Part shown: positions 47,890 to 59,681 of the stretch, one piece after another
How the letters are laid out: every line of letters begins with the position of its first letter
How positions within the stretch are numbered: position 1 is the stretch's first letter
NCBI GenBank assembly: GCA_963664115.2
Contig: CAXWPJ010000009.1
Location: 704,001-768,000 of the forward strand
Origin: Terriglobia bacterium
Lineage (GTDB): Bacteria; Acidobacteriota; Terriglobia; 20CM-2-55-15
Direction of reading: 5' to 3'
Length of the DNA stretch: 64,000 bases
Position numbers and translations under genes: made by a program
Notes under the pieces: generated by a model
Databases searched by the model: none
The model's input: the letters and a program-made list of their open reading frames with translations, nothing else
Told to the model about the DNA's origin: nothing

Positions 47890-48513
47890 TTATTTCGAGT
47901 ACAACTCGACAATCATGTGTTCTTCGATTGGCATCGTGATGTCTTCACGTTTAGGCAGCGCCAAGACCTTGCCGGTCATGGAATTTGGATCGACTTCCAA
48001 CCAGGCTGGAATGGCCTGGCTGATCTCCAAAGCGCTCAGGATTTGAACGTTTTTCTGGGACTTTTCCTTGACCCTCACCTCGTCACCCACACGTACCAGA
48101 AAAGAAGGAATGTTGACCTTCCTGTTATTGACACGAATATGGCCATGACGAACGAACTGCCGGGCCTGCGCGTGCGACGCGGCAAGTCCAAGCCGGAGCA
48201 CAACATTGTCAAGACGCCGCTCCAGTTGAGAAAGAAGGTTTTCGCCAGTAACACCTTTTTGGCGGACGGCTCGCTCGAAATACAAATGGAATTGGCGCTC
48301 GAGAATGCCATACATCCGCTTGACCTTCTGTTTCTCCCGAAGCTGCAGACCGTACCCGACAATCTTCGCTCTGCGATCCCGGCCATGTTCTCCAGGGATA
48401 TAATTGCGTTTCTCGATACCACACGACGGTTTGAAACAGCGTTCGCCCTTGAGAAACAACTTCATCCCTTCCCGACGACATAGCCGACAAACTGGACCCG
48501 CGTATCTAGCCAA
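47890..48513 (-). CDS. rpsD: 30S ribosomal protein S4
   Basis: [31 protein letters not shown]. Confidence 0.98.
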   Translation of the reverse strand: MARYAGPVCRLCRREGMKLFLKGERCFKPSCGIEKRNYIPGEHGRDRRAKIVGYGLQLREKQKVKRMYGILERQFHLYFERAVRQKGVTGENLLSQLERRLDNVVLRLGLAASHAQARQFVRHGHIRVNNRKVNIPSFLVRVGDEVRVKEKSQKNVQILSALEISQAIPAWLEVDPNSMTGKVLALPKREDITMPIEEHMIVELYSK

Positions 48514-48554
48514 TGAATCTTCCTCCGTTCATGGATCTCATTCCTACTATCCGA

Positions 48555-48950
48555 TCACACCCGCCGCTTCTTCGGAGGCCGGCAACCATTGTGCGGCATC
48601 GGCGTGACATCTCGGATCGTGCGAATTTCCAAACCCGCGCTCTGCAAACCTCGAATCGCCGAATCCCGGCCGGACCCCGGACCCTTGACACTCACTTCGA
48701 TCGTCCTCATACCCACATCCCGCGCCTTCTTAGCAGCCGTCACCGACGCCTGCTGGGCGGCAAACGGCGTACCCTTACGGGAACCCCTGAACCCGAGAGA
48801 TCCGGCGCTGGACCAGCACACGACGTTCCCATCGGTGTCGGAAATCGTTACGATCGTATTGTTAAACGTCGCCTGAATATAGGCGTGTCCAGCAGGAACG
48901 ATCTTCTTTTCGCGCTTTTTCCCTGTTCTCTTCTTCCCTTTGGCCATCAA
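48555..48950 (-). CDS. rpsK: 30S ribosomal protein S11
   Basis: [26 protein letters not shown]. Confidence 0.98.
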   Translation of the reverse strand: MMAKGKKRTGKKREKKIVPAGHAYIQATFNNTIVTISDTDGNVVCWSSAGSLGFRGSRKGTPFAAQQASVTAAKKARDVGMRTIEVSVKGPGSGRDSAIRGLQSAGLEIRTIRDVTPMPHNGCRPPKKRRV

Positions 48951-49022
48951 TAACTCCTAGTGATCGGCAACAAGCGAGGACCTCCACTCATATGCTCGTC
49001 ACTTGTCACGCGTCTCTAATCA

Positions 49023-49409
49023 CTACGTCTTTGCGGTCGCTTTCCTCCGGACCGACACAGCACCGCGCTTCGGCCCCTTCCGAGTACGAGCGTTCGTGTG
49101 GGTTCGCTGCCCTCTCGCCGGTAATCCTCGCCGATGCCTGAAGCCTCTGTAAGATCCGATTTCCATCAAACGCTTGATGTTGACGGAGACTTCTTGTCGA
49201 AGATCGCCTTCAACGATGTAATCGTCTTCAATGAGTTTCCGGATCTTTGTCGTCTCTTCGTCATTCAAGTCGCGCACTTTCCGGTCCGGACTGATGCCGG
49301 CATCGGTGACGATTTTGGTCGCCAATGACCTGCCAATTCCGAAGATATAGGTCAAGCCAATCTCAATTCTCTTGTTCAGCGGAAGATCGACTCCAGCTAT
49401 TCGTGCCAT
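49023..49409 (-). CDS. rpsM: 30S ribosomal protein S13
   Basis: [24 protein letters not shown]. Confidence 0.98.
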   Translation of the reverse strand: MARIAGVDLPLNKRIEIGLTYIFGIGRSLATKIVTDAGISPDRKVRDLNDEETTKIRKLIEDDYIVEGDLRQEVSVNIKRLMEIGSYRGFRHRRGLPARGQRTHTNARTRKGPKRGAVSVRRKATAKT

Positions 49410-49501
49410 AAAAAATCCTCTAAAGTTAAGAGTCATGAGTCATGGACCCTGAATCCAGACTCATCTCTTAACTGGTCACTCTTGACTCTTAACTATCCCG
49501 T

Positions 49502-49615
49502 TCATCCCTGGCGCTGTTTGTGTTTTGGGTTGGAACAAATGACACGGACAACGCCACGCCGGTGTACCAACTTACACTTGTCACAGATTTTTTTTACCGA
49601 TGCCCTTACTTTCAT
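49502..49615 (-). CDS. rpmJ: 50S ribosomal protein L36 (not in the ORF track)
   Basis: Translated manually: [37 protein letters not shown]. Confidence 0.97.
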   Translation of the reverse strand: MKVRASVKKICDKCKLVHRRGVVRVICSNPKHKQRQG

Positions 49616-49655
49616 AATTTCTTCCCGTTTTCAGCTTTCAACCGAGGACCCAACG

Positions 49656-49874
49656 CTACTTATACCGATACACAATCCGACCTCGCGTGAGATCGTAAGG
49701 CGACAACTCCACGGCCACCCGATCGCCAGGAAGTATGCGTATAAAGTGCTTCCGCATCTTTCCCGAAATGTGCGCTAGAACCTGATGCTTGTTCTCCAGT
49801 TCTACCTTAAACATCGCGTTGGGAAGGTGCTCGACGACCGTGGCCATCACTTCAATCGCGTCTTCTTTCGGCAA
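49656..49874 (-). CDS. infA: Translation initiation factor IF-1
   Basis: [12 protein letters not shown]...HISGKMR...[13 protein letters not shown]. Confidence 0.98.
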   Translation of the reverse strand: MPKEDAIEVMATVVEHLPNAMFKVELENKHQVLAHISGKMRKHFIRILPGDRVAVELSPYDLTRGRIVYRYK

Positions 49875-49880
49875 ACCTGG

Positions 49881-50546
49881 CTAGTCTCCCTGACCGACGG
49901 GAAGTCCGATAGTCGACACCAGGTCTTCAGAAACCTGATCAATCGCTCCCATCCCATCGATTTGATGATAGACGCCGAGTGACCGATAGTACTCCACCAA
50001 TGGCTCGGTTTCGGCTCTATAGGTCCGCATGCGGTCCCGAATCACATTTTCTGTATCGTCGGGTCGCTGCATCAAACTGCCCCCACATATGTCGCAAACG
50101 CCTTCTTGTCTTGGAGGTCTACTATCAACATTGTAGATCGCCCCGCACTGTCCGCACGTGCGACGTGCTGTCAAACGCTTCACCACGAATTCGGTATCCA
50201 CCCCAAGCCCGATGACCAGCAGATTGTCGCCCGTTTCGAGCCGAGCTCCGAACATCTCTGCCTGGTTTAGGTTTCGCGGATACCCGTCAAGTATGAACCC
50301 CCCGGCGCAATCGGGAGCGGCAATACGCTCGACAACGATGCCGTTCACAAGCTCGTCATTCACAAGCTCTCCCGCTTCAAGGACATTCTTGGCTTCAACT
50401 CCAAGCGGCGTCTTTCGCCGAACTGCGTCCCGGAGCATGTCTCCAGTTGAAATCTGGGGAAGCCCCAACTGCTCTGTCACGGCCTTAGCCTGGGTTCCCT
50501 TACCGGCTCCCGGCGGTCCCAGCAGGATGACGACATTCCTCGCCAT
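49881..50546 (-). CDS. adk: Adenylate kinase
   Basis: GPPGAGKGTQ, ISTGDMLR, LDGYPR, zinc lid. Confidence 0.97.
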   Translation of the reverse strand: MARNVVILLGPPGAGKGTQAKAVTEQLGLPQISTGDMLRDAVRRKTPLGVEAKNVLEAGELVNDELVNGIVVERIAAPDCAGGFILDGYPRNLNQAEMFGARLETGDNLLVIGLGVDTEFVVKRLTARRTCGQCGAIYNVDSRPPRQEGVCDICGGSLMQRPDDTENVIRDRMRTYRAETEPLVEYYRSLGVYHQIDGMGAIDQVSEDLVSTIGLPVGQGD

Positions 50547-51922
50547 TACGAACTGCGCCTCCCCCGAACACGGCCCTTCTTCAGAAAACCGTCATAGTGA
50601 CGCATGATGAGCTGGGATTCGATTTGCTGCACTGTATCCATCGCCACGCCAACAACGATCAACAATGAGGTGCCCCCAAAGTAAAACGTCACCTGAAGAC
50701 CTTGCGTAACAAACTGCGGCAGCGCCGAGTCCAGGCCTGGCCCCACGAACGGTATATTCTGCACGTGGAAACCGGTCATCATGAACTCGGGAAGGATTGA
50801 AACCAGAGACAGGTACAAGGCCCCTACCAGGGTCAATCGGGTCAAAATTGTGTTCAAATATTCAGCCGTGCGCCTGCCCGGACGGATGCCCGGGATAAAA
50901 CCCCCGTACTTGCGCATGTTGTCCGCCACTTCGTTGGGATTGAAGATGATGGACGTGTAGAAGTAACAGAAGAAGATAATCGCGGATACGAAGAAAAGAT
51001 TGTATAGAGGCTCACCGAAGGTCAGCGCACTGCTGACTCCCTGCAGAAACCTGTTTTCACTCATCACCAGACCAAAGGTTTGCGGGAACGTCAGGATCGA
51101 AGACGCGAAGATAACCGGAATCACTCCGCCGGTGTTGACCTTCAGGGGCAGGTGCGTCGATTGCCCGCCCATCACGCGCCGCCCGACAACTCGCTTCGCA
51201 TACTGAACCGAGATCCTGCGTTGACCTCGCTCCACCATCACGATGAAAGCTACGACAGAAACCATCAAACCCAGGAGAAGGATCAGCGTCAATACCGACC
51301 ACTCGTTAGTACTCAACTTGTCGAAGATCTCACTGATGGCGCTGGGCAACCCGACAATAATGCCCGCGAAGATAATCAGCGACATCCCATTTCCGATTCC
51401 TCGTTCCGAGATCTGCTCGCCAAGCCACATGATGAAGGCCGTGCCGGTGGTCAATGTGAGCATCGTCATGAGAACGAAGGTGAGTCCCGGATTGATGACG
51501 AATTGCCCGTCGCGCTGTAGTGCGTATGCAATACCGCCGGACTGAACCGCGGCTAACACGATCGTGAGGTATCGGGTATAGGTTGTGATCTTGCGTCGCC
51601 CCAGCTCACCTTCTTTTTTTAATTTCTCCAGGTAGGGCCAAACCACCGTCAGCAACTGTAAGATGATCGACGAGGTGATGTAGGGCATGATCCCTAGAGC
51701 GAAGATCGTCATACGACTGAAATTGCCCCCGGAAAAGAGATCAAAAAATCCCAGTACGGTACCCGAAGCGGTCTCGGCAAAGAAGACCTCGAGGGCGGCA
51801 AAATCGACTCCCGGCGTCGGGATAAAAGCGCCGATACGGTAGACGGCCAACATGCTCAGCATGAAGAGAACCCGTCTACGCAGATCCGGAACGTTAAAAA
51901 CATTTTGTATAGCGTCGATCAA
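50546..51922 (-). CDS. secY: Preprotein translocase SecY
   Basis: [36 protein letters not shown]. Confidence 0.98.
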   Translation of the reverse strand: MIDAIQNVFNVPDLRRRVLFMLSMLAVYRIGAFIPTPGVDFAALEVFFAETASGTVLGFFDLFSGGNFSRMTIFALGIMPYITSSIILQLLTVVWPYLEKLKKEGELGRRKITTYTRYLTIVLAAVQSGGIAYALQRDGQFVINPGLTFVLMTMLTLTTGTAFIMWLGEQISERGIGNGMSLIIFAGIIVGLPSAISEIFDKLSTNEWSVLTLILLLGLMVSVVAFIVMVERGQRRISVQYAKRVVGRRVMGGQSTHLPLKVNTGGVIPVIFASSILTFPQTFGLVMSENRFLQGVSSALTFGEPLYNLFFVSAIIFFCYFYTSIIFNPNEVADNMRKYGGFIPGIRPGRRTAEYLNTILTRLTLVGALYLSLVSILPEFMMTGFHVQNIPFVGPGLDSALPQFVTQGLQVTFYFGGTSLLIVVGVAMDTVQQIESQLIMRHYDGFLKKGRVRGRRSS

Positions 51923-52383
51923 CGGGCTACGACCTCGCAGGTTCCACCGGCAGTCGTAATTTTTTCTTCGGCGCCTTTCGTGAAGTGCTGCGCTATAAGA
52001 TGCAACGGGCGTTCAATGGCGCCTCCGCCCAGGACTCGAAGACCATCCTTTCCCAGCTTACGTACGATACCTGCGGCGACAAGCTCATCTGCACCTATCT
52101 TGGCTCCGGCTTCGACGTCGCCCAAGCGGATCAAATCGCCGACATTTACGGTCGAATGTTGCTTCTTGAAAATGGCATTTGTGAAACCACGCTTAGGTAG
52201 CCGCCGATGCAAGGGCATCTGGCCGCCCTCAAATCCACGCTTCGAATGGTATCCCGACCGCGAGCGCTGACCCTTATGGCCCCGGCCCGCTGTCTTGCCG
52301 GTGCCCGAGCCCATGCCCCGGCCAATCCTCTTTCTCTGGCGTGTGGCGCCGGGATTCGGCTTTAGGTCGTTAATTCCACTCAT
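51919..52383 (-). CDS. rplO: 50S ribosomal protein L15
   Basis: [24 protein letters not shown]. Confidence 0.97.
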   Translation of the reverse strand: MSGINDLKPNPGATRQRKRIGRGMGSGTGKTAGRGHKGQRSRSGYHSKRGFEGGQMPLHRRLPKRGFTNAIFKKQHSTVNVGDLIRLGDVEAGAKIGADELVAAGIVRKLGKDGLRVLGGGAIERPLHLIAQHFTKGAEEKITTAGGTCEVVAR

Positions 52384-52403
52384 TCTTCCGTCCTTAACAC
52401 TGC

Positions 52404-52601
52404 CTAGTCGACGACGCGGACCAGATGCGGCACCTTGGCAATCATTCCCCGCACGTCGGGCGTGTCCTTAAGTTCGCGAACCGCGTTCAAACGCCGTAAT
52501 CCAAGCCCCTTGACGACACGCTTTTGATCCCTGCTGAATCCGATAACGCTCCGATAATACTGAACCTTCAACATTGACGACTTTTTCTTCCGGCCAGCCA
52601 T
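52404..52601 (-). CDS. rpmD: 50S ribosomal protein L30
   Basis: RSVIG...GLGLRR...[11 protein letters not shown]; operon position. Confidence 0.95.
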   Translation of the reverse strand: MAGRKKKSSMLKVQYYRSVIGFSRDQKRVVKGLGLRRLNAVRELKDTPDVRGMIAKVPHLVRVVD

Positions 52602-53179
52602 TATCCGGTCAACTCCTCAACGGCCTTGCCCCGCAAACGGGCAACGTCCTTAGGGTTTTTCAACGACTTCAATCCCTCAAAGGTAGCTTTGACAACGTTG
52701 TGAGGGTTCGCCGTTCCGATCGACTTCGTGAGAATGTTGCTGATGCCGGCTGCCTGCACGACGGCACGCACAGCGCCTCCCGCGATCACACCCGTTCCTT
52801 CCGCCGCCGGTTTCAGCAGAACGCGACCGGCACCAAAGACACCAACGACCCGGTGGGGTGTCGTGTTATTGATGATCGGCACGCTGATCAAATTTCGTTT
52901 GGCGATCTCAATACCTTTGCGTATGGCAGCGGGCACTTCTTTGGCCTTACCGTTGCCGTACCCGACGCGGCCTTTTTCATCGCCGACAACGACCAGCGCG
53001 CTGAAACTCAGATTCTTGCCGCCCTTGACAACCTTGGTGACACGATTGATGGAAACAACCGTATCCGTAAACCCGTCGCCTAGTTCGTCTCTGGGATTCC
53101 TTGATCTCGGATTTCCTGATCTGGGATTTCCTGATCTGGGATTTCCCCCTCCCGGATTCATATTTCTCTGATTTGCCAC
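52601..53179 (-). CDS. rpsE: 30S ribosomal protein S5
   Basis: [25 protein letters not shown]. Confidence 0.97.
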   Translation of the reverse strand: MANQRNMNPGGGNPRSGNPRSGNPRSRNPRDELGDGFTDTVVSINRVTKVVKGGKNLSFSALVVVGDEKGRVGYGNGKAKEVPAAIRKGIEIAKRNLISVPIINNTTPHRVVGVFGAGRVLLKPAAEGTGVIAGGAVRAVVQAAGISNILTKSIGTANPHNVVKATFEGLKSLKNPKDVARLRGKAVEELTG

Positions 53180-53190
53180 CGATGCTCCTC

Positions 53191-53559
53191 TTAGAATTTC
53201 AATCCCGCTTCGCGAGCCGACTCCGCGAGCGCTTGAACCCGCCCGTGATAAATGTATCCGCCACGATCAAAAACGACGCCATCCACGCCTTTGCCTTTTG
53301 CCCGTTCCGCGATTAAACGTCCAACCGCCTTGGCAGCCTGTACATTGCCGCCGTTTGACAAGTCCTTTTTGGCTTCAGCTTCGTTTGATGCGGCAGAAGC
53401 GAGTGTCACCCCACTCCCATCATCAATCAACTGGGCATAGATGTTCTTGTTGCTCCGGAAAACAGCAAGGCGCGGTCGTCGGCCCGATCCAGCGATTTTC
53501 TTCCGGATCCGGCTATGGACGCGGCTTCGAAAATCGTAACGTGATACCAATCGTGCCAT
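53191..53559 (-). CDS. rplR: 50S ribosomal protein L18
   Basis: [23 protein letters not shown]. Confidence 0.97.
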   Translation of the reverse strand: MARLVSRYDFRSRVHSRIRKKIAGSGRRPRLAVFRSNKNIYAQLIDDGSGVTLASAASNEAEAKKDLSNGGNVQAAKAVGRLIAERAKGKGVDGVVFDRGGYIYHGRVQALAESAREAGLKF

Positions 53560-54107
53560 TAAGCTGCAGCGCCTCCAGCGGTCTTGCCGGCCTTCTTCTT
53601 CAAAACCTCGCCAACGTAACGAATCCCTTTATTCTTGTACGGATCCGGCTTTCTCAAACTGCGAATAACCGCAGCCACCTGGCCAACTTGCTGCCGGTCT
53701 ACACCGGAAACCGTCAATCGGGTCTGCTTCTCTACCTTGACCTCGATACCCTCGGGAATCGGATATTCAATCGGATGAGAGAAACCGAGACTGAAGATCA
53801 CGGACTGACCTTTCGTTTCGGCTCTGAATCCTATGCCAACGATATCCAGTTCCTTGGTAAAACCCTGGAAAACTCCCTGAACGGCATTGGCGGCCAGCGC
53901 GCGCGCCAGACCATGAAAAGCCCGCTGCGGCCCCGTATCATCACTCCGCGAAAATACCAGTTCGTTGTCGTTCTGCTTACAAGCGATTCCCTGTGGAATG
54001 GGAGAGGTCGTGCTACCCTTCGGTCCCGACACCTGAATCTCGCTTGTTCCGATCTGAACCTTGACCTTCTCAGGGATGGGAATGGGATGTTTTCCTATTC
54101 GTGACAT
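53559..54107 (-). CDS. rplF: 50S ribosomal protein L6
   Basis: [23 protein letters not shown]. Confidence 0.97.
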   Translation of the reverse strand: MSRIGKHPIPIPEKVKVQIGTSEIQVSGPKGSTTSPIPQGIACKQNDNELVFSRSDDTGPQRAFHGLARALAANAVQGVFQGFTKELDIVGIGFRAETKGQSVIFSLGFSHPIEYPIPEGIEVKVEKQTRLTVSGVDRQQVGQVAAVIRSLRKPDPYKNKGIRYVGEVLKKKAGKTAGGAAA

Positions 54108-54117
54108 AACTTAATGT

Positions 54118-54510
54118 TCAATAAACATCGCAAAGGACTTCTCCGCCGAATCCTTTTTTTCGAGCAACCTGGCCCGTCATTACGCCGCTGGAAGTGCTGA
54201 GAATGTTGATTCCTAGGCCCCCAAGCACCCTCGGAATGTCCCTGTTGCTCACATAGACTCGGCAGCCCGACCGACTGACCCGCTTGAGTGACGTAATCAC
54301 ATCCTCGCCCTTGGAGCCGTATTTCAGAGTCACCGTCAGGGCAAGCTTGCCCTCAACTTCAGCACATTTGTAAGTGGTGACATATCCCTCTGCCTTCAGT
54401 ATCCGCGCGATTTCGACCTTGAGATTCGAGGCTGGGATCAGCACTCTCTCGTGTCGCGCCTGCAATCCGTTGCGGAGTCGGGTCAACATGTCTGCAATTG
54501 GATCAGTCAT
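54118..54510 (-). CDS. rpsH: 30S ribosomal protein S8
   Basis: MTDPIADMLTRLRN, GLGINILSTS. Confidence 0.97.
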   Translation of the reverse strand: MTDPIADMLTRLRNGLQARHERVLIPASNLKVEIARILKAEGYVTTYKCAEVEGKLALTVTLKYGSKGEDVITSLKRVSRSGCRVYVSNRDIPRVLGGLGINILSTSSGVMTGQVARKKGFGGEVLCDVY

Positions 54511-54522
54511 TTTCTTTCACCC

Positions 54523-54708
54523 TCACCAACTTGACTTCACCACTCCGGGAATCTCGCCTGCTAGAGAAAGACTCCGGAAACAAATCCGACAGAGCTGAAA
54601 CTTGCGCATAAAACCTCGAGGACGCCCGCACCTCTTGCACCGATTCCGGTAACGGACAGTAAATTTCTTCTTCTTAGCTTCCTTGGCCACTGATGACGTA
54701 CGTGCCAT
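54523..54708 (-). CDS. rpsN: 30S ribosomal protein S14, zinc-binding short type
   Basis: RCKRCGRPR...LCRICFR...IPGVVKSSW. Confidence 0.97.
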   Translation of the reverse strand: MARTSSVAKEAKKKKFTVRYRNRCKRCGRPRGFMRKFQLCRICFRSLSLAGEIPGVVKSSW

Positions 54709-54716
54709 TCAATCTC

Positions 54717-55259
54717 CTACTGTTGACGAAACGGCATTCCCAGCAAACGGAGTAATTCCCGTCCCTCATCGTCGGTTTTAGCCGTAGTAACGAGTGTCAC
54801 GTTCATGCCCTTGATCTTGTCGACCTTGGAATAGTCGACCTCCGGAAATATCAACTGATCCTGCAATCCCAGCGTGTAATTACCTCTACCATCGAAAGAA
54901 CGCGTCGGTATACCCCGAAAGTCACGCACACGAGGCAGCGCCAGGCTTATGAGACGATCGACGAACTCATACATCCGCTCTCCCCTCAACGTCACGGCCG
55001 CACCGATGGGCATCTTTTCGCGCAATTTGAAATTGGCGATCGACTTCTTCGCATGCGTAATGATCGGACGCTGACCTGTAATCGTTCCGAGCTCATCGAC
55101 TGCCGAATCGAGAATCTTACTGTTTTGAATCGCCTCGCCGAGCCCCATGTTTACGACAATCTTCTCCAGGCGAGGCACGGCCATAACGTTTGCGTATTTG
55201 AAATGCTTGATCAGAGCGGGAACGACTTCGCTTTTATATTGTTCTCTCAGTCTTGACAA
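54717..55259 (-). CDS. rplE: 50S ribosomal protein L5
   Basis: [25 protein letters not shown]; TTG start inferred from the RBS. Confidence 0.97.
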   Translation of the reverse strand: MSRLREQYKSEVVPALIKHFKYANVMAVPRLEKIVVNMGLGEAIQNSKILDSAVDELGTITGQRPIITHAKKSIANFKLREKMPIGAAVTLRGERMYEFVDRLISLALPRVRDFRGIPTRSFDGRGNYTLGLQDQLIFPEVDYSKVDKIKGMNVTLVTTAKTDDEGRELLRLLGMPFRQQ

Positions 55260-55273
55260 GTTCGTACTCCCGC

Positions 55274-55603
55274 CTAACCCAATGCGTTTCCGCACTTCTT
55301 ACACGTTCGCTCCCGCCGTCCGTCCGCAAGCACAGTCATACCAATGCGGGTACGCTCCTTGCAGTTCTTGCAAACAAATGCGACGTTCGATATATGAATT
55401 GAGGCTTCCTTCTCGACGATGCCACCTTTGATGTTCTTCTGAGGGTTGGGTCGTGTGTGACGCTTGATCATTTGCACGCCCTCGACAACAATCCGCTGCT
55501 TCTGCGGAATGACAATCAGCACCCGGCCGGTCTTCCCGCGGTCCTTACCCCGAAGAACATAAACTTCGTCGTTTTTTCTAATCGGAGTAATCCCCGGCAT
55601 CAA
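55274..55603 (-). CDS. rplX: 50S ribosomal protein L24
   Basis: [23 protein letters not shown]. Confidence 0.97.
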   Translation of the reverse strand: MMPGITPIRKNDEVYVLRGKDRGKTGRVLIVIPQKQRIVVEGVQMIKRHTRPNPQKNIKGGIVEKEASIHISNVAFVCKNCKERTRIGMTVLADGRRERTCKKCGNALG

Positions 55604-55971
55604 ATTACCTCCGGAGCCAGTGAAACAATCTTCATAAATTGCTTCTCACGAAGCTCCCGGGCCACTGGCCCGAAAACACGGGTACCGATGGGCTCGCGCT
55701 GCTCGTCTATCAACACGGCAGCGTTCTGATCAAATCTGATATGAGTACCGTCCTTCCGGCGATGCTCTTTACACGTCCGCACAATCACTGCCTTCACCAC
55801 AGTGCCCTTCTTGACGTTGCTTGCCGGGCTGGCCTCTTTCACCGACGCGGTTATGATGTCCCCCAAGCCCGCATGCCTTCCTACCGAACCACCCAACGGC
55901 AATATGCAGGCGATTTTTTTCGCGCCTGAATTGTCAGCCACCTCAAGGACGGTTCTCATTTGAATGCTCAT
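55600..55971 (-). CDS. rplN: 50S ribosomal protein L14
   Basis: [26 protein letters not shown]. Confidence 0.98.
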   Translation of the reverse strand: MSIQMRTVLEVADNSGAKKIACILPLGGSVGRHAGLGDIITASVKEASPASNVKKGTVVKAVIVRTCKEHRRKDGTHIRFDQNAAVLIDEQREPIGTRVFGPVARELREKQFMKIVSLAPEVI

Positions 55972-55986
55972 AGCAATTACCTTGCG

Positions 55987-56286
55987 CTACACGCCCCGAG
56001 AGGACGAGGGCTGCACGATCTCCCGAAGGCGCCAACGTTTGTGCTTGCTCACCGGCCGTGTCTCAACGATCCGCACCACGTCGCCGGTGTGAGCCTTACC
56101 TTCCTCGTCATGGACAAGGAACTTGGACCGGCGGGCAATGATTCGCTTATACAGCGGATGCTGCACACGCCGACTTACCTCGACCACGATGGTTTTCTGC
56201 ATCTTGGTCCGCGTAACGACACCGACTTTTTCCTGCCGATGGCGGACCCTGCCGGTCTCTTTCGATTGACTTGTTTCCTCTACCAT
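55987..56286 (-). CDS. rpsQ: 30S ribosomal protein S17
   Basis: KMQKTIVV, HPLYKR, ETRPVSKHKRW. Confidence 0.97.
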   Translation of the reverse strand: MVEETSQSKETGRVRHRQEKVGVVTRTKMQKTIVVEVSRRVQHPLYKRIIARRSKFLVHDEEGKAHTGDVVRIVETRPVSKHKRWRLREIVQPSSSRGV

Positions 56287-56342
56287 TTCCTAGCCATGTT
56301 TAGTCAATGCCCCAAAATAGTGCACTCTTACGCCTGCCTGGA

Positions 56343-56561
56343 TTAATCGCCCTTCTGTTCCTCCACCCGATTCTCCCGAAGCAAAGTCAGCACGCGCGCC
56401 CGGTCCCGGCGGAGTTCCCGCATCTTCTTGAGCGCCTCGGCTTGCCCCATCGTAAACTGGAATCGGAGCCGAAAAGATTCTTCCGACATTTCTTCCTTCC
56501 GGTCAGTGAGCTCTTCGACGGAAAGGTCCTTCAATTTATTGAGACGATCCGTCGACTTCAT
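56343..56561 (-). CDS. rpmC: 50S ribosomal protein L29
   Basis: FRLRFQ...RRDRARVLT; operon position. Confidence 0.93.
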   Translation of the reverse strand: MKSTDRLNKLKDLSVEELTDRKEEMSEESFRLRFQFTMGQAEALKKMRELRRDRARVLTLLRENRVEEQKGD

Positions 56562-56992
56562 GAGGATGTCTCCTCTGTAGTACGTTCCATGCGCGCGACA
56601 AATTTCGTCCGAACCGGGAGCTTTTGCGCGGCCAGGCGCATGGCCTCGCGCGCCACTGATTCGGGTACGCCCTCCATCTCATACAGAATTCGACCGGGCT
56701 TTACAGGCGCCACCCAGTATTCGGGTGCGCCTTTCCCCTTGCCCATCCGTGTTTCCGCGGGTTTTTTTGTCACAGGCTTGTCCGGAAATATTCGGATCCA
56801 CACCTTTCCTCCACGCTTTACCGAACGCGTCATCGCAACCCGTGCTGCTTCGATCTGACGATCTGTGAGCCACGCCGCATCCAGCGTTTTCAGTCCGTAG
56901 TCTCCGAATTCCAAGCTCGACCCGCGCCAGGCCTTGCCCTTCATCCGACCGCGCTGTTGCTTGCGGTGCTTGACTTTTTTCGGCATCAACAT
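56558..56992 (-). CDS. rplP: 50S ribosomal protein L16
   Basis: [25 protein letters not shown]. Confidence 0.98.
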   Translation of the reverse strand: MLMPKKVKHRKQQRGRMKGKAWRGSSLEFGDYGLKTLDAAWLTDRQIEAARVAMTRSVKRGGKVWIRIFPDKPVTKKPAETRMGKGKGAPEYWVAPVKPGRILYEMEGVPESVAREAMRLAAQKLPVRTKFVARMERTTEETSS

Positions 56993-57020
56993 ACGAACAA
57001 TTCCTCAAACAAGCTCAATT

Positions 57021-57680
57021 CTAAAGCTCAACAGGACCCGGTTTCGTCGACACTTTCGACAGGATATCTCCCTTGTACGTCCAACACTTCACGCCGATTA
57101 CGCCGTAAGTGGTATAGGACTCTGCAAAACCATAGTCGATGTCCGCGCGGAGCGTGTGCAGCGGAAGCTGGCCCTGCAGATACCATTCCGACCGTGCTAT
57201 TTCCGCGCCATTCAGCCGGCCGCTCACCCGCACCTTGATACCCTTCGCACCGAATCTCAGCGCCGAATCGACGGCCTTACGCATTGCCCTGCGAAACGCA
57301 ATTCGTTTCTCAAGTTGCATCGCGATGGATTCGGCAACTAACTGCGCATCCAATTCGGGCCTGTGGATCTCCTGAATATTGATGTAGACCTCGCGGTTCG
57401 TCTGCTTCTGGATGTCACCCTTGAGCCTGTCGATCTCCGAACCCTTACGGCCGATGATGATGCCGGGACGGGACGTATAGATCGTGATCCGAAGCTTGTT
57501 CGCCATCCTCTCGACTTCAATGCTGCTGACGCCTGCATGGGAGAGCTGCTTCTTCAGCCTCCTCTTTAGATCCAGATCTTCGTGAAGCAGCCTGCCGTAT
57601 TCCTTCGTAGCAAACCACCGCGATCTCCACGGCTTGGTAATCCCGAGCCGAAACCCGTACGGATGTGTCTTTTGACCCAT
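57021..57680 (-). CDS. rpsC: 30S ribosomal protein S3
   Basis: [34 protein letters not shown]. Confidence 0.98.
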   Translation of the reverse strand: MGQKTHPYGFRLGITKPWRSRWFATKEYGRLLHEDLDLKRRLKKQLSHAGVSSIEVERMANKLRITIYTSRPGIIIGRKGSEIDRLKGDIQKQTNREVYINIQEIHRPELDAQLVAESIAMQLEKRIAFRRAMRKAVDSALRFGAKGIKVRVSGRLNGAEIARSEWYLQGQLPLHTLRADIDYGFAESYTTYGVIGVKCWTYKGDILSKVSTKPGPVEL

Positions 57681-57765
57681 TAACCCCTCGTTTCGCAGTG
57701 ACGAGTGAAGAGTGACAGGGGCAGGGACGGCCCTCGCGCATCACGCGTCACTGGCCATTTGTCAC

Positions 57766-58104
57766 TCATTCCTTTTCCCCCAACTCAATCGTGATATGGC
57801 TCATCCTTCTCTGGTAGCGAAAAGCCCGTCCCATCGGAGCCGGACGGATGCGTTTCAGCCGCGGCCCTTCATTAATGTAAGCCTTTTCGATGAACAGCTT
57901 ATCGACATCAATCGTTTCTGACTGCTCTGTCGCATTGGCCACCGCGGAGCGAACAACCTTTTCAATCGGCTCCGTGGCACGCTTATTCGTGAACTGCAAC
58001 GTCATAAAAGCATCGTTCACATTTTTGCCGCGGATAAGGTCCACCACCAGACGGACTTTCTGAGGCGACATGCGTATGAACCGTGCTGTAGCTTTTGAAA
58101 TCAT
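57766..58104 (-). CDS. rplV: 50S ribosomal protein L22
   Basis: SPQKVRLVVDLIRG, SAVANA, PAPMGRA. Confidence 0.97.
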   Translation of the reverse strand: MISKATARFIRMSPQKVRLVVDLIRGKNVNDAFMTLQFTNKRATEPIEKVVRSAVANATEQSETIDVDKLFIEKAYINEGPRLKRIRPAPMGRAFRYQRRMSHITIELGEKE

Positions 58105-58245
58105 GCTTTCTTCTGTGAGTGCGCTGGTGGCTATCAGGAGCCGGCGCCTGTTAGCAATTCCCAGCGTGGGGCTCACCGCCCATCGATGGTTTCCCCATGC
58201 ACAAACGCACATCCCAATAATGTGCGGTCGTAGACCTCAGCTTCA

Positions 58246-58527
58246 CTATCGTGGCGTCACTGCCTTGCCGCCGGCCGAATGCCCACGGAACGTCCGAGTC
58301 GGGGCGAATTCCCCGAACTTATGGCCAACCATATTTTCTGTGACGTAAACCGGTATGAATTTCTTCCCGTTGTGTACGGCAATTGTATGGCCCACCATCT
58401 CGGGTGTCACAGTTGAGCGCCTGGACCAGGTCTTGTGCACCTTTTTTTCGTTCCGGGCATTCATTCCCGCAATCACCTTCTCCAGATGATCGTCGATAAA
58501 GTAGCCCTTCTTGACCGATCGTCCCAT
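58246..58527 (-). CDS. rpsS: 30S ribosomal protein S19
   Basis: [24 protein letters not shown]. Confidence 0.98.
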   Translation of the reverse strand: MGRSVKKGYFIDDHLEKVIAGMNARNEKKVHKTWSRRSTVTPEMVGHTIAVHNGKKFIPVYVTENMVGHKFGEFAPTRTFRGHSAGGKAVTPR

Positions 58528-58532
58528 AAAAC

Positions 58533-59354
58533 CTACTTCTTCCTCTTGACGATAAACTTGTCGGTCCGCTTGTTGTTGCGTGTCCGATAACCCAAGGTCG
58601 GTTTGCCCCAGGGCGTCATGGGATTATTACCCTTGACGCGTCCTTCTCCACCCCCATGGGGATGGTCCACCGGGTTCATGACCACGCCTCGCACGGTAGG
58701 TCGAACGCCACGGTGTCGCATCCGGCCGGCCTTGCCGAGGCTGATGTTTTCGTGATCCAGGTTGCCCACCTGTCCCACCGTAGCGGTGCAATTGACAGCG
58801 ACGAGTCGGACTTCGCCCGAAGGCAGCTTGATATGCGCGTACTTTCCCTCTTTGGCAACCAGCTGGGCCGAACCACCCGCCGCACGCACCATCTGGGCAC
58901 CCTTTCCGGGACGGAGTTCGATATTGTGGATCGTCGTACCCAAAGGAATGTTCTTAAGCGGCAACGCGTTGCCGACCAGAATATCCGCGTCGGGACCCGA
59001 CACAACCTTCATACCGACTTTGAGCCCAACCGGTTGAAGGATGTATCGCTTTTCACCGTCCACATACGAGAGCAGCGCGATAAAGGCCGACCGATTGGGG
59101 TCGTACTCGATCGTCTCAACACTGGCCGGAACCCCTGCTTTGTCGCGCTTGAAGTCGATCACCCGATACTGCTTCTTGCTTCCGCCGCCTCGGTGCCGGA
59201 TGGTGATATGCCCATAGTTGTTTCGACCGCTGATCCTTTTCTTGGATTCAAGCAGCGGCTTGTGCGGCTTATCCGTAGTGAGCTCCTTCTTGTAATCGAT
59301 CACTTCCTGGAATCGCCGCGACATCGGAGTCGGTTTGAATTTCTTTATTGCCAT
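58533..59354 (-). CDS. rplB: 50S ribosomal protein L2
   Basis: [26 protein letters not shown]. Confidence 0.98.
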   Translation of the reverse strand: MAIKKFKPTPMSRRFQEVIDYKKELTTDKPHKPLLESKKRISGRNNYGHITIRHRGGGSKKQYRVIDFKRDKAGVPASVETIEYDPNRSAFIALLSYVDGEKRYILQPVGLKVGMKVVSGPDADILVGNALPLKNIPLGTTIHNIELRPGKGAQMVRAAGGSAQLVAKEGKYAHIKLPSGEVRLVAVNCTATVGQVGNLDHENISLGKAGRMRHRGVRPTVRGVVMNPVDHPHGGGEGRVKGNNPMTPWGKPTLGYRTRNNKRTDKFIVKRKK

Positions 59355-59387
59355 CTAAGTGTTCCGTCCTAGCCAAACGAACTCGCT

Positions 59388-59681
59388 CTATACTTCGTCC
59401 CCATACTCAATCATTTTTTCGCCCTCGACCAACTTCACATATGCCTTCTTCCAGGACGGTTGGTATCCAACGAAGCGGCCGCGACGACGCATTTTCCCTC
59501 GTACGACCATCGTCCGGACATCCTCGACCTTGACCTTGAAAATCCGTTCCACGGCTTGTCGGATTTCCTGCTTACTGGAGTCCGACTCCACCCTGAAGCA
59601 GAGCGTTCGCTCCTCTTCCTTCAGACCGAGTCCCTTCTCGGTAATTACGGGGCGGCGAATTACGTCGAAGAGCGTAGTCAC
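59388..59681 (-). CDS. rplW: 50S ribosomal protein L23
   Basis: PVITEK, VERIFKVKV, WKKAYVKL. Confidence 0.96.
   Translation of the reverse strand: MTTLFDVIRRPVITEKGLGLKEEERTLCFRVESDSSKQEIRQAVERIFKVKVEDVRTMVVRGKMRRRGRFVGYQPSWKKAYVKLVEGEKMIEYGDEV

Noticed and set aside
49875-49880. Absence of map between adk and infA
   Set aside because: Common gene-order variation; map may be elsewhere in the genome.
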